NCBI RefSeq assembly: GCF_032444005.1
Contig: NC_091289.1
Span: 24,614,001-24,678,000, forward strand
DNA from: Ranitomeya imitator
Taxonomy: Eukaryota
DNA length: 64,000 bases
Direction: 5' to 3'
Part shown: positions 12,496 through 24,619 of the stretch, piece by piece
How the letters are laid out: every line of letters begins with the position of its first letter
Position numbering within the stretch: position 1 is the first letter of the stretch
The notes under the pieces: generated by a model
Databases searched by the model: none
Told to the model about the DNA's origin: nothing
The model's input: the letters and a program-made list of their open reading frames with translations, nothing else
Position numbers and translations under genes: made by a program

Positions 12496-13675
12496 TATTT
12501 TCAGCCATATAGACCCCTCAAACTGACTTCAAATGTGAGGTGGTCCCTAAAAAAAATGGTTTTGTAAATTTCGTTGTAAAAATGACAAATCGCTGGTCAA
12601 ATTTTAACCCTTATAACTTCCTAACAAAAAAAAATTTTGTTTCCAAAATTGTGCTGATGTAAAGTAAACATGTGGGAAATGTTATTTATTAACTATTTTG
12701 TGTCACATATCTCTCTGGTTTAACAGAATAAAAATTCAAAATGTGAAAATTGCGAAATTTTCAAAATTTTCGCCAAATTTCCGTTTTTATCACAAATAAA
12801 TGCAGAATTTATTGACCTAAATTTACCACTAACATGAAGCCCAATATGTCACGAAAAAACAATCTCAGAACCGCTAGGATCCGTTGAAGCGTTCCTGAGT
12901 TATTACCTCATAAAGGGACACTGGTCAGAATTGCAAAAAACGGCAAGGTCTTTAAGGTCAAAATAGGCTGGGTCATGAAGGGGTTAATAAACGCCGTAAA
13001 ATAAAGCAAAACCCCAAAATAATGGTGGAATTGCGATTTTTATTTCATCCCACCAGGATTTTGTTTTCTATTTTTCAGACCATTCTATAGTGGATTAAAT
13101 GGTGTCAATCAAAAACTACAACTCAACCTCCGGGAAAAAAAAACAAGCTCTCAGACAAAGACGTAAAAATAAAAAAAAAAATGTTAGAAGAAAAAAGAGG
13201 AGAAAGAAAGGAGAGCGCAAAAACAATAAATGGCTAGGTTAAAACAGGCAATCATAATTATTTTTGTAAAAATCTTTTCTCCAATTATCACATAACAGCT
13301 CCAAAAATAATGAATTCACAGCGTGACTGTATACACAAATAAACCTAATAAAAAATGTTGTTATAGTCTGCAATGGAATGAATCGCAATGTTTAATTACC
13401 GATATGTTGAATTTTGCACTTTAAAAACGAAACTTAATTATGCAATTGCTTTAATTAATTCTGTTTTTGCTCTAAGATCATTTAACTAGAAAGTTTTGGG
13501 ACTAATTTACCGTTCCTTGTACACAAGCCATTGTCATATTGTTAGATGATTAATGTGCTTTTGTATTTGCATGTTCTCCAATGCAGTGCAAACAAAATAA
13601 TAAAAAAAAAAGACAGAAAAAAAAGCAACTTTTTGTCTTGAAGTTGTGAAGTATTTCCTTCTCGTCTCCTTGTAG

Positions 13676-13680
13676 CTGGG
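13676..13680 (+). other. Candidate 5-nt micro-exon CTGGG (copy 2)
   Basis: Pyrimidine tract TTTCCTTCTCGTCTCCTTGTAG, exon CTGGG, donor GTAAGA; TGCATG at 13568 and 13765. No transcript evidence. Confidence 0.4.
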
Positions 13681-14219
13681 GTAAGAGGACTTTCAGTGTA
13701 ACTGGAACAGCTGTGCCAATCAATTTAGCTAAGTGTGCAATTAAAAAGACAGGCAGAAAAACATTGCATGAGAGGCTGTCAAACACTGGCACGATTTCTC
13801 AGCAGTTTTTGTGATCTGACTTTCCAAATAACTGATGCTATGTGCAGGGATAAGAAGCATCTGAAGCCAATGACGACTGGAAAGTTGGAGTCATGCGTTT
13901 GGCATTTGGTTATTTTTAATGCATATTTGAATAGGGTTTGTTGGACCATAAGTCTCGGTAATGAAGCGATTATGCTGCCCCAGAGCCTTTAGGTTATGTT
14001 CACATTATGTTTTGGCCACACATTAGTGGCTCCTTAGGCGCTTCGGTCTGAATCCCTGAAGAATGGAATACGGACGGAAGCCCCAATGGAGACGTTCACT
14101 ATAACTTTGAGCTGTGTCTGGCTTCAGTTTCGCCAGTGTCTGCCTTTTCAGGTGGCTCCAAAATGCCCTCTTCAAAAAGGTGGACATTGCCTAAACGGAG
14201 AGACCAGACAGAGCAATCC

Positions 14220-14410
14220 TAGAATGTTCGAATTGGAAGAGGCCTCAAGGGTCATCGTGTCCAACCCCCTGCTCAATGCTGGATTCACTAAACCATCTCA
14301 GACAAGATGTCTGTCCAACCTCTGAAGACTTCAATTGAAGGAGAACTCACCACCTCTCGTGGCCGCCTGTTCCACTCATTGATTACCCTCACAGTCTCAA
14401 TATAATAAAT
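14220..14410 (-). mobile_element. CR1 LINE 3' fragment
   Basis: Minus frame reads TVRVINEWNRRPREVVSSPSIEVF...LSEMV*, the typical CR1 ORF2 C-terminus, then a 3' UTR ending near ATTCTA. Confidence 0.8.
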
Positions 14411-15960
14411 CTCTGTCGGAAGTTTCATCTGAATCCCGATTTTCAGTTCTTCAGACTCAAAACTTGACGGAGTCACTAAAGTGTAGCCCAAACGTGATGT
14501 AACCCCAGCGTTATGCTCATGCTGTCTTTTGATGGAGCGTTACATGGGCTGTAAACCACAAATGGAGGTCACTGATTTTTTTACAACAATAATGCAAACT
14601 CGGGAAATGAAGAGCCCTACGAACAAATGTTCACCTTGATTGATGCAACTTTACTTGCATTTACAAGTTTCAATAATCAACTTTCTATGTCAACAATCGC
14701 AGCTAGTTACGAGCAATTTATCTGCCAACGTAAAAAGGCTTAACTGTTAAAGGCGATGTACACCTTTTGCAGATTTTTTTTATTGTGCATTTGCTTTCTA
14801 AATGCAAAATTAGGCAACAGTCTAAATAGTCTTCATTAAAAATTCATACTAATTACTGCTGCAGAGTGTCTGCAAGTCCATTATTTGAGTGTGTTTTGTA
14901 AAAATGTTACAGCAGGAAGGAGGTTGTACACAGATTTCCACAGTGTGGAGAGGGGGAGAAGTTTCTAAAGTATCAGGGAGGGCAGAGAAAACCGGATATA
15001 GATAATGAGAAAAGCACGTGAAGCGGAAATATTTGCAGGATACCTATACCCTGGATACATGCAAACCTCACATTCAGCTTATTTTACTGGACAGAGGCTC
15101 CCACAAGAGTGAAATCTGAAATTTGGACCAGGCTGAAAACTGCATTGCAGGGGGTGTGGGTAATAATGAAAGAGCGAAGATTGCAGAGTGAAATTTATTG
15201 CAATTTTCTTAACTAAAAATAACCATGAACATACGGTATATAAAAATCATTTTTTTTATTCATGTCAAATGTATCCGTAAACTTTTAAGGTTTAAGATCA
15301 CGGAAGAAGAGTCTAGGTTTACTTGTCGCCTACTTGCATTGATACTTTCATAATGCATTGGATGCACCCACTACCATACCAATATGTAGTGAGATATATA
15401 TATATATATAATATATATATATATATAATATATTTTATTAGCAAAATATTTTACAAAATTTTTTAAAAATGACTCGAGCACTGTGAAGATACATTCTGTA
15501 TATAGATGTAAAATGTAAAAAAAATCATAAGAAAAATCCGGGAGCAGACCGTTCTTGGCATTCCGAGCTAGGAATTCTGGGATTTGTAGTTATGCACCAG
15601 ATGGAGTGCTGAAGGATTTTCAGTGAATCATAGGACTTGGTGATAGATGAGGACAGACCTCAGTGTAAGCACACAGTAGTCTGTACATTCCGGGAGATTT
15701 GTTTTCTGCACCACGTCCTCAGACATGGTTTACATGATAACGATTGAGCTTCTGAAGTCTTTCATGTGCAGTTGCTTGGATCTGGAACTAGGCGTATGAG
15801 TAGGACATGCAATATTTAAAGGTAGAGAGTTGCATATTGCCATAGTAGAGGAACATATGAGAGCACAAGAATCCTAACTTGCACTACCATAATAAACATG
15901 CAAATCCCTTGCAGATGTACCGTATGTCCTTAGTATTAGTGCCACATACGCTCACTTTAA

Positions 15961-16137
15961 GGCCACGCTCAGTATTTGGTCAGTATATTACATCAGTATT
16001 TGCAAGCCAAAATCAGGAGAGGAACATTCGGAGAAAAAGTATAATAGAAACACGTCACAACGTCTGCATTTTTACCCACACCTGGTTTTGGCTTACAAAT
16101 ACTGATGTAAAATACTGATCAAATACTGAACGTGGTC
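15961..16137. mobile_element. TTAA-flanked hairpin MITE, 177 bp
   Basis: ~57-bp TIRs (GGCCACGCTCAGTATTTGGTCAG... / ...CTGATCAAATACTGAACGTGGTC); TTAA on both sides. Confidence 0.75.
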
Positions 16138-17307
16138 TTAATAAGAGTTATTATTTTAGAACACTGGCAAACTATTAGCCATGTAAGATATATATTTTTT
16201 TTTTGTATGTTTAAGACCTTTATCAGTTGCCATATTAGTCCTCTAAAGTTAGCCCTACTCATAATTTTGATAACCCGAAATTTGGCACATCAATAATCCA
16301 TCAGATCATAAAAATGAACTCCATGAACATACCAAATTTAATTGGCAGAACAAAAACTGAAATGCAGTAGCCATATTCACCTAGTTTCAGCTGTCAAAGC
16401 ACAAACATTTTTAGAATTTTTCATCCGACAGAAGTCAGCAGTCTGTCATCGTTTACATTTATATAAACTTTACGAACATTGGTCAACCGGCATTGCCAAA
16501 ACCATCCGTCTATTCAACCTCCTTGGTCAGTATAATGTGATATTGTATGAAAGTTTTAGCAGCACCCATTTATATACGATATACCATCAACCTTTAGCAT
16601 TTGAATAAAAGATTGCATACAGCCAATACAGACCACAATCCAAAATAAACATATAGACCCAACACCAGACCCCTTTTTATAAAGACCCCAAGCTGGATCA
16701 CTTAAACCTATACTGACCCTCTAAACTAATAGAGAATATAGATCCCCATATAAATAAATAAATACATACAGACCATCTGAAGATAAATCCTAGACTATGC
16801 TCCTTAAGAAATCATATCCCAAACATTTACAGACTCCAGACTCCATTATTGCATTTGCATAGAGCTGGAGTGGTTGCCAACCTTGCATCCGATCAGGTCA
16901 ATGATTGTATTCTAACTTGGGGAAACTGAAAAATACATTCGGAAAGAAGCAATTAACTTTTATATATGGAGTCCATTGTTTTGCTTCCTTTATGTGAAAT
17001 GTACTGGTTCGACAGTATTTTTGGCACGGTAGTGATCTGGCCTTAAGAACTGCAAGACCCATAAGACGTTAACGGTATAATTACATCCCACATCTCACCT
17101 TGCTTTAGCCCACACAGGGAAACTATTTTTGAAGCCATTTTTCTATATTCAGGGAGAGAAGACAAGTAAAGAGCAAGGACAGCAAGTAAAAGAATTCAGT
17201 ATTGATTTCCGAGGATTACAAATATTGTGACCTCTAACCTTGGCTTCTTTCGCTCCTCTAATGCTCCTTTTGCTCCTTCTCCCCTCTCGGCATGAATCTC
17301 TCACTTA

Positions 17308-17433
17308 GGGTATGTGTCCACGTTCAGGATTGCATCAGGATTTGGTCAGGATTTTCGATCGGTTTTGTCTTACAAAAACTGATGAAAAATCCTGACCAAA
17401 TCCTGATGCAATCCTGAACGTGGACACATACCC
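17308..17433. mobile_element. Harbinger-like MITE, 126 bp, perfect 48-bp TIRs
   Basis: GGGTATGTGTCCACGTTCAGGATTGCATCAGGATTTGGTCAGGATTTT matches its reverse complement at the right end; TTA TSD on both sides. Confidence 0.85.
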
Positions 17434-17836
17434 TTAGAGTCTGAGGCAGAGACTGCAGCCTCATCCCCCTCTTCCCCACTTTTCTCTTTTCCCCTATGTC
17501 TTCCATTACAGTGTTTTTTTTTATCTTTTAGTGACTTAAGTAGATTTTTAAACATCTAGTGAGAGCCTACGGGAAGGCGAGACCACATTTTCTTGGAAGC
17601 TAAGAGTGAGGATGACATTTTACCTGGCATCACTTATTATACACATACTATAAAGTTCCGTTTTACTGATGTTAGATAAAAACCTTATAAAATCAGGTAT
17701 ACATTAAAGTAGAGACAAACAGATTCCCAATTAGTCACATAAGTGTCCATATCTCATATTTCGACATCTAATGAAGATTGAGACCGTGGCCAGGTTGGTC
17801 CCTCGTTGTGTGAACTTTCACTGAATTTACAATTAC

Positions 17837-18251
17837 CATTTTGTCTTTATTGCCCTTGATAAATGCTGCACGTTCAAGCAAGTCCATTGAATTACGTATC
17901 AGCGAGTTGACAACCAGAACACCTCTTAATGGAAATAATAAAGTTGTCCCCTTGGAGCTTTAAGTTAATAAGCATTCCCATCAAGATTTTACATGCCCGA
18001 AAAACTTTTAGGACTTTCTAACTTTCAGATTTTTTTTATTTTGGTTACTTGACACTAGTCTCATTTCTTGTGATTACTGTTTCCAGTAGTTTTCCATATC
18101 TGCCTTTGGACACATTTCATTACTTTACGTATCTGAACTCTTGGTTAAGAGAGTTACCTTGGTTTTCTGATATCCAACAGCTGGAGGAAGAAGAGCAAGT
18201 GCCAGGGCGAGTCTTCTGAGCCTGAGAACATCAGCATACTTTTCTGAGCTC
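17837..18251 (-). other. Two phase-compatible candidate coding exons (18158-18251, 17837-17924), product unknown
   Basis: AG/GT boundaries; joined frame AQKSMLMFSGSEDSPWHLLFFLQLLDIRKPR-GVLVVNSLIRNSMDLLERAAFIKGNKDKM; upstream acceptor weak, protein not recognised. Confidence 0.2.
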
Positions 18252-19792
18252 CTATCGAGGAATACTAGTTTTCTTTAGGGAGATCAAGCTTGTGTAAAGG
18301 GTTCTTACAACCAATGCTTCCTCAAAAGAAATATCTCCCCCCAGACAGAAGAAATCTGTTCCTATAGGTTTCTTCTTTGTAAGTCAATATCCAAAGCATA
18401 AAAGAGTATAAAAACATGAAGGACATCAGTCAAGCCAGGGATGCTTATCTGTAGATTGATGCTTTGAACTTTTTGCCCCTGTAAATACTGAGCATGTTAC
18501 TTGTAGGGGTAGCTCTCAGGGGCTTCTGGTTCAAGAATGTTTTTCCTACTGGTGGAGCGCTAATATATATATATTTTTTTTTCCTGGGGACCTTTAGCTT
18601 TGAGACCAAGACCCCTTTTTACCTCCACACCTTTATTGTCCCAATCTCGGTTCACCATGGATTTCGGTGATGACCGTTGTTCCGTTCAGTAGGACCATAG
18701 AAGGTCTACAACCATGAACTGCAATACAATTATTGAAAGGTCTCCTTCTTAAGCTCATTTTAAACTGGACTAAATTTGCAATGAACAGAATTTACCAACA
18801 GTTTAATCCACTTAATCTGTGAGAATATTTTTTTTTTCTAGATGAAAGGGGGTCTCCAATATGCGTGGAGGAAAGTCAAGTCTGTTCTATGTTTGATCTC
18901 TTAGCTAGAATAAAGCCATGCCGGATCATTAATTGTGCTGGTAGATGGACACAGCTGTGAATTGTGCACTCAATTATTGACGTGTGTACGGAAGCGCAGC
19001 TTCATTTATTCATGAAACGTGTCCCCAAGTGACTCGGGACCTCTTGCTATTCATCCTGGCTTTAGTCCAGAGATTTCTGTCCTTCTCATTAGCTGTGTGC
19101 AAATTATGGTCCTTTTTGCCCTGGCTATCCTGTAAACAATCACTATTGCAATGGTTGACGTGACCAACAATGTACATGATCTTGGGTCTTTCCTATGTGC
19201 AAAAGTCCTTAAAAAAATCTGTAGATCCACCTCTCCTACCAGCCATGAAAAGCAAATTCATGGGGGATGGAGAATTTCGTTAGTAAATGAAGATCTTGCA
19301 TCTACAAGACAAAGCAAAATCTCTTTGTGGCCTTAGATGATAGGAACAATACTTGGATCCAACATGTAACTCAGTTTCTCCTTGGTGGTCATACATTTTT
19401 TTATACTTTTGGAGTTGCATTGGGGCAATTTTAGTACTTCCAATAAATTTCAACTCTAGATGCAACATTTGCTGCATTTTCTTCAAATTTATTATGTGTC
19501 TAAACATTGATGTGACTCACTCGAAAAGGGTTTGTGGCTTTGGGAAGGGCGTGTGGCTTAGCTGGAAAGAAAATATAAAAAGCTGAAGAGAAAAAACAGT
19601 GCAACAATAGGGTATTATCCGGATGAAAATGATCATAAATTGTATTGATATATGCTGATCCAAGTCTGTGTTGCTGCTGCAGATCCACAGGTGATCACAC
19701 CAGAAAAACCTAAAAAAAAATGGAGAATTTGTGGTCTACATCTGCGATACCAGCTCATAAAGTAAGATCAAACGGCAGAGATTATATAAAAA

Positions 19793-20570
19793 CTATATGG
19801 AGGCCCGATGCCCTCGCATTGTAAGGGCGGTAATGTTGCGTTGGGGGCAGGCTTTACAGCACTGAGAATCTCTCCCCCCATGTGTTCACCCACCTATCCC
19901 CTCTTTCTTTCCCCATGTGCTGACTTCTCCCGTCTGTGCTCTCTTCTTTGACCGGTCTACCCCATTTGCTATCCCCCTTGTCTGCTCTCTCTCTCCACCA
20001 CTGTGCTGTCTTCTTCCCTCATGTGTTCTCTGCCGCTGGGAACAGCCGAATGATTCACTGCGCCTGCGCGGAATTCGTGCAGGCGCAGTAAATCAGACCG
20101 CCGCCATCTTGGTGCAGACAGATAGCGGCGGTCACATTAAAACTTCTGTACAAAGATGGCGGCGGTCAGTGAATCATTTGGCTGATCCTGGCGGCGGCGT
20201 GTTTGCGACGGTGTTCCCCTGGTGGTACCGCGCAAGAGGCTGCGTACGGCGTATACAGCGTGTGTGTGTGGTGCGTATGGCGTATACAGCGTGTGTGTGT
20301 GGTGCGTACGGCATATACAGTGTCTGTGCTGCGTATGGAATATACTGTGTGTGGTGTGTACGTCGTATAGTGTGTGTGTGGTGCGACGGTGTTCCGCTGG
20401 AGGTACCGCGCAAGATGCTGGTACCACCAGCAGTTTCCATATTGAGACACCCATCACTTGGGTGTCCCAATATGGCGGTCGGTGAACTTTCGCCACTTAG
20501 AATTCTGGGATCCGGACACATCTGGATGGAACAGGATATGAAGACATTACAAGTTAAATATATATTAGGA
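19793..20570 (-). mobile_element. Non-autonomous Helitron-like element with CpG-rich core and GT-rich microsatellite
   Basis: Minus strand starts A|TC, ends ATAG|T (CTRR-like), with a GC hairpin GCCCT/AGGGC (19810-19828) ~17 nt from the 3' end; no TSD. Confidence 0.55.
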
Positions 20571-20593
20571 TGGTGTTTTTGTTTTTTTTTTCT

Positions 20594-20706
20594 TTTTCTA
20601 TGCGTTTAAAAATGTAACCCACTTCTTCAGGAAATAAAAACTATATCTGTATATTTGTTTTTTACTTCCTGAAGAAGTGGGTTACACTTTGAAATGTGTA
20701 GGAAAA
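20594..20706. ncRNA. Inverted pair of decayed Penelope-type minimal hammerhead ribozyme motifs
   Basis: Plus: TTCCTGAAGAAGTGGGTTACACTTTGAAATGTGTAGGAA; minus: TTCCTGAAGAAGTGGGTTACATTTTTAAACGCATAGAA. CUGANGA and GAAA core recognisable, stem III altered by CpG-type changes. Confidence 0.45.
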
Positions 20707-21147
20707 TAAAAAAAAAACATTTTTTATATCATCTCTGGCGTTTGATGTTACTTCATCAGCTGGCAGCACGGATGTAGACCACAAATTCTCCATTTTTTTT
20801 TTACATTACCGGGAAAGAGGAATGACTTACATGGCACAAGAAATCCAAAATTTTGCCCAAATTTTTTGACGTAAAACAGTAAACCATCTAAGCAGTGGTG
20901 TGACGTAGACAGAATTGGTCAAAGATGTACCAAATTTATGACCCAGTATTATTACATCCCAATGCTTATGTAACGACAACATATTTCATAGTTTTGCACC
21001 TATGAGTTTCACATCAGTACCTGTCCGTGAACAGACACATGAAGAATATACTAACTCCAAGTAGATATTACCTCTTGGTTGGATTTGATCTGTTGCAAGG
21101 GTCACCATGCATGAGCCACCCTGATGAATTTAATTTTAAAGGGAGCC

Positions 21148-21795
21148 TGTCACAACTCTGTTGTGGGCTCCCTTCTCTGCCCCTAGCAATAGGGGCACTC
21201 TAGCTATCACTGTTCCCCAGATTACTTCTGATGGTGAAGACGCCAGGGCTACATACCTTGCTGAACTACTAAATCAGCCCTAAATATGTCCCCTCCCCCA
21301 TTGAGGAAAGTGAGGCGTAATAGTGTATGTATATACTCAAACCAGACTAACAAGGGAAGATGTACAGGGATAAATGAAATGCCAAGTATATAAAAAAAAA
21401 TACACTCACAGACAACAGATAGGTACACCAGGGAGAAAAGTGAGGAAAGCAAAACAGGAGAAGATGAGGAATCACACACACAGAAACACCTAGCAACAAT
21501 CGCAGATCCAACACTCCAAATGCCTCTACCAACAACAGACTCCTCCACTCCACACAGTACATGAGTAACACTGGCAATCCAGCTTGTCAGAGGCAAGCAT
21601 AAATAAGAGAGGGGAGTGGTTAATACTGAACAGCTGATATCATCCAAGCAGGAAGGCTTCAGAGAATCTAAGCTGAACAGTTTAACCCCTGTACTGCTAA
21701 CAGAAACCTGCACAGTGCTGCTACTCAGTTCGGTAGTACGTGAAATCAGATGCTGTGGTCTCCTGGCCCATTTCTATCATGGTAAACCTGTGACA
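21148..21795. mobile_element. Solo LTR (648 bp), probably Gypsy-type, inserted in the TIR of a T2-type MITE
   Basis: Termini TGTCACA...TGTGACA; flanks GAGCC / GAAGC (each one change from GAACC); removing it restores TTAAAGGGAACCTGTCATCTGG. Confidence 0.7.
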
Positions 21796-23399
21796 GAAGC
21801 TGTCATCTGGAAATTACCTATTGTTTAAATGAGTGTTTTGTATTTTTAAAACATTTTTTCTGTCATTTTTTCCCTATTACAATCTCTATTCACATAAAAC
21901 CAAAACTGGTAATCTTGCAATTTTCACACTGGCCTCTAGGACTTTACTAGACTTATGTGTCTGTCCTTTCATGAAGAGTTTACAGGAGTTTTCTTATCAG
22001 CAGAAGCAGGATTACAATGACAGGATGCACAGCTGACATCACAGGGTCCACCATTCACAATAGATGTCACAGCTCACCTCTTCTTCCTCCGTTCACAGAG
22101 ATCTTTGCACACGCTCATTAGACACTTCAATACAATAGATGTTGGTAAAATCTGACCATTGTGGCTAATTTACATGTGTTTCCTGAACAACAGGATGTTA
22201 GAGTCTGACATATCCCCAGTGGCCAGAGTGAAAATTGCAAGTATTAAATTTTTGTTTAATGCAGATTGTAGTATGTAAAATACAAAATAAAAAAATACAA
22301 TTAACACAGAAACCTTATGTAAACAATAAGAATATTTGGTCTAAATTTGCACCCTTGAGTTCTATTACATCTCCAAGTCCAAGTTTGTACCAAGTTTGTT
22401 TTTCACCATTTCTGTTGTTACTTGTCAGACACATGTCTGAATGAACCTCAGTCCGAGACAGAGAGAAAATGACTCCCTTCAACACCTGTAACCTCAAAGG
22501 AAAAAAGCCACAAAGTGTTCTTGCTTGTCGTGGAAACTAGAGGTTTATATGGGGCATGTAGCGTAAGAATGCTGTGTCCCGAAGGCGCAAAGCGTTTTTG
22601 TGATCCGAGCTATGTTTTCCAAATTCCCTCTGTTAAATATTGATGCCTAGCAAATGTTACCGCAGTTTAAATAATTCCTATTCTCCCCGGGTCCTCGTGT
22701 ATGGTAGGAATTAAGAAGGAACTAATCCTAGGGAAAAAAAAACTTTTGATATGGTTAAGGGGGGAGAATGCATTTTAAAAGGTAGAACATTGGTTTAACT
22801 AATTTCCTGCAGAGATCTATATTTCCTTTAACCGCCTCGTCCCTGCAAGCAAGTTACATGATAGTAAAAAAAACTAATCATTTTTATGTGACCTTTGATT
22901 TATGTGATATGTACTCTTTGGTATACAGTGGTTATTAAAGGGAATCGGTCACCAGGTTTTTGCCACCTAATCTGAGAGCAGCATGATGTAGAGACATAGT
23001 TCCCAATTCCAGCGATGTATCACTTACTGGACTGCTTGGTGTAGTTTTGCTAAAATTATTGCTTTATCAGAAGACTATCTTAAATTTAGTACTCCATATT
23101 CATGAGCATTGTATAACCCCCTACCACCATTGATTGGCAGCTTTCTGCCTATGCACAGTATATCCTAAAAGCTGCCAATCATTGGGGGGACAGGGTTATA
23201 CAGAGCTCAGCATTCCAGAGCTGCTGATGCTGGAATCAAGAACTCTGTCTCTACATCATGCTGATCTCAGCTGTGGTTTGCAAAACATGGTAACAGATTT
23301 AAAGGGTTTTCTCCACAATAGAAAGTGATGATATAGCTATATGTTTGCTGAGTCCTATACAACACTCAAAATTATGTGGTTACTACATGAAGGCATTAA

Positions 23400-23764
23400 A
23401 GGGATTGTCCAGGCCAGGGGCGCCAGTCTGCAGTCACTTTATGTGACTGCAGACTTGTGAATCCTCACAGTACACACAGTGGGCGCTGTCAGGGTTCTCT
23501 GGTGCCGGCGCTGTGAGCAAGCGGTCATGTGACCACAAGTATGCAATTTGCATACTTCCGGCCACATTCCGGTTAGAATACAAATTCACTTGAATTGAGC
23601 GAGGCCACACAAGTCTAGTCAGCACATGACTGCATGTATGCTGATTGCACGAGCTTGCCCACTCCTGGAGAATCCTGACAGTGTACAGTGTGCGCGTTGG
23701 AGTAATCACAAGTCTGCAGATGATTAGCGACTGCAGACTTAAACCCCAAGACTGTATAACCCCT
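23400..23764. mobile_element. T2/Kolobok-type MITE
   Basis: TTAA|AGGGATTGTCC...ATAACCCCT|TTAA with subterminal inverted AGTCTGCAGTCAC/GACTGCAGACT; related partial copy near 29680-29960. Confidence 0.7.
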
Positions 23765-24555
23765 TTAATAATCTTCATGCCACTGAGAATGTGCAGAAGA
23801 ACAGCAAGAAAGGTCACGTGTCCTTCTAAATTTGAGATTGATGACTTGATCCGATCAGAATATTGATGTGATGTCCTAGCAGCCATAACATTCTTAGTTA
23901 GATGGGGATACTCCTTTAAAATGTATCTTGTCTGCTATATCGCCTACTGGCTCCCTTACCTGAATGAAGACATTATTTGAAAGGGTTGCGATGTTAATTT
24001 GGTTATTGCGCATCTACCCTACTTCCACTACAGAGTACATGTTGTATTCCATGGCAGCCATTCAAATTAATATGAGATCTTAGTTGGCCCAGATTGCAGG
24101 AGCTGCCCTCATCCCAATCATTCAGGACAGAGGTTACCATTGTGAGACCAATCCCAATGAGCGAGGCTTTTATTTGGTTGACCATTTATATCGTGTCGCT
24201 CTTGTCTCCATCACCTACGCCCTGCGCTTACTTGCCCTGGCTATGCCTTTTATCTTGCTTTACTGATGCCCGTGATCTGGTTCTTTCTGCCAACAATACA
24301 TTGACCCTGCCAGGTTTTTGAAAACCTCCGCCAACGGGCTCCCTTCAGCCAAATCGGTTGAGTAGAAGGAAAAATAAATTATTTTATACTCCTTTCTTTA
24401 AGGTGACCATTCGCATGAGATAGCTGTATTCCATATACTCGTTCGCCCGAATGCTACCTCTCCCCACTCACTCATGCACATGAATGCTCGGCTCAGTTGA
24501 GCATCCATATGTTATCAATAGAGAGAAGACTGAAGTTGCTACCAGATAGCTTTGG

Positions 24556-24619
24556 TGGTGGCTTATATCCCAGGAGAACAAAAGGACTGGTGGCTTATAT
24601 CCCAGGAGAACATAAGGAC
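24556..24619. repeat. 32-bp tandem duplication
   Basis: TGGTGGCTTATATCCCAGGAGAACA(A/T)AAGGAC twice. Confidence 0.9.

Larger units (their letters stand above)
5912..12983. mobile_element. Non-autonomous piggyBac-like (Tx1D-like architecture) composite element, ~7.1 kb with nested insertions
   Basis: TTAA on both sides (5908-5911, 12984-12987); TIR CCCCTTCCCGACC vs CCCCTTCATGACC (11/13); internal ~390-bp tandem repeats; no piggyBac transposase ORF. Spans an N gap, so contiguity depends on the assembly. Confidence 0.75.

Noticed and set aside
15575-15591. ZNF143/ACTACA-type promoter motif (TTCTGGGATTTGTAGTT)
   Set aside because: Single motif without a CpG island or start-site evidence; a similar motif occurs in repeat-like DNA near 45145.
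19917-20609. 230-aa ORF and antisense ORFs
   Set aside because: Lie within the Helitron-like element and its GT microsatellite; low-complexity translation.
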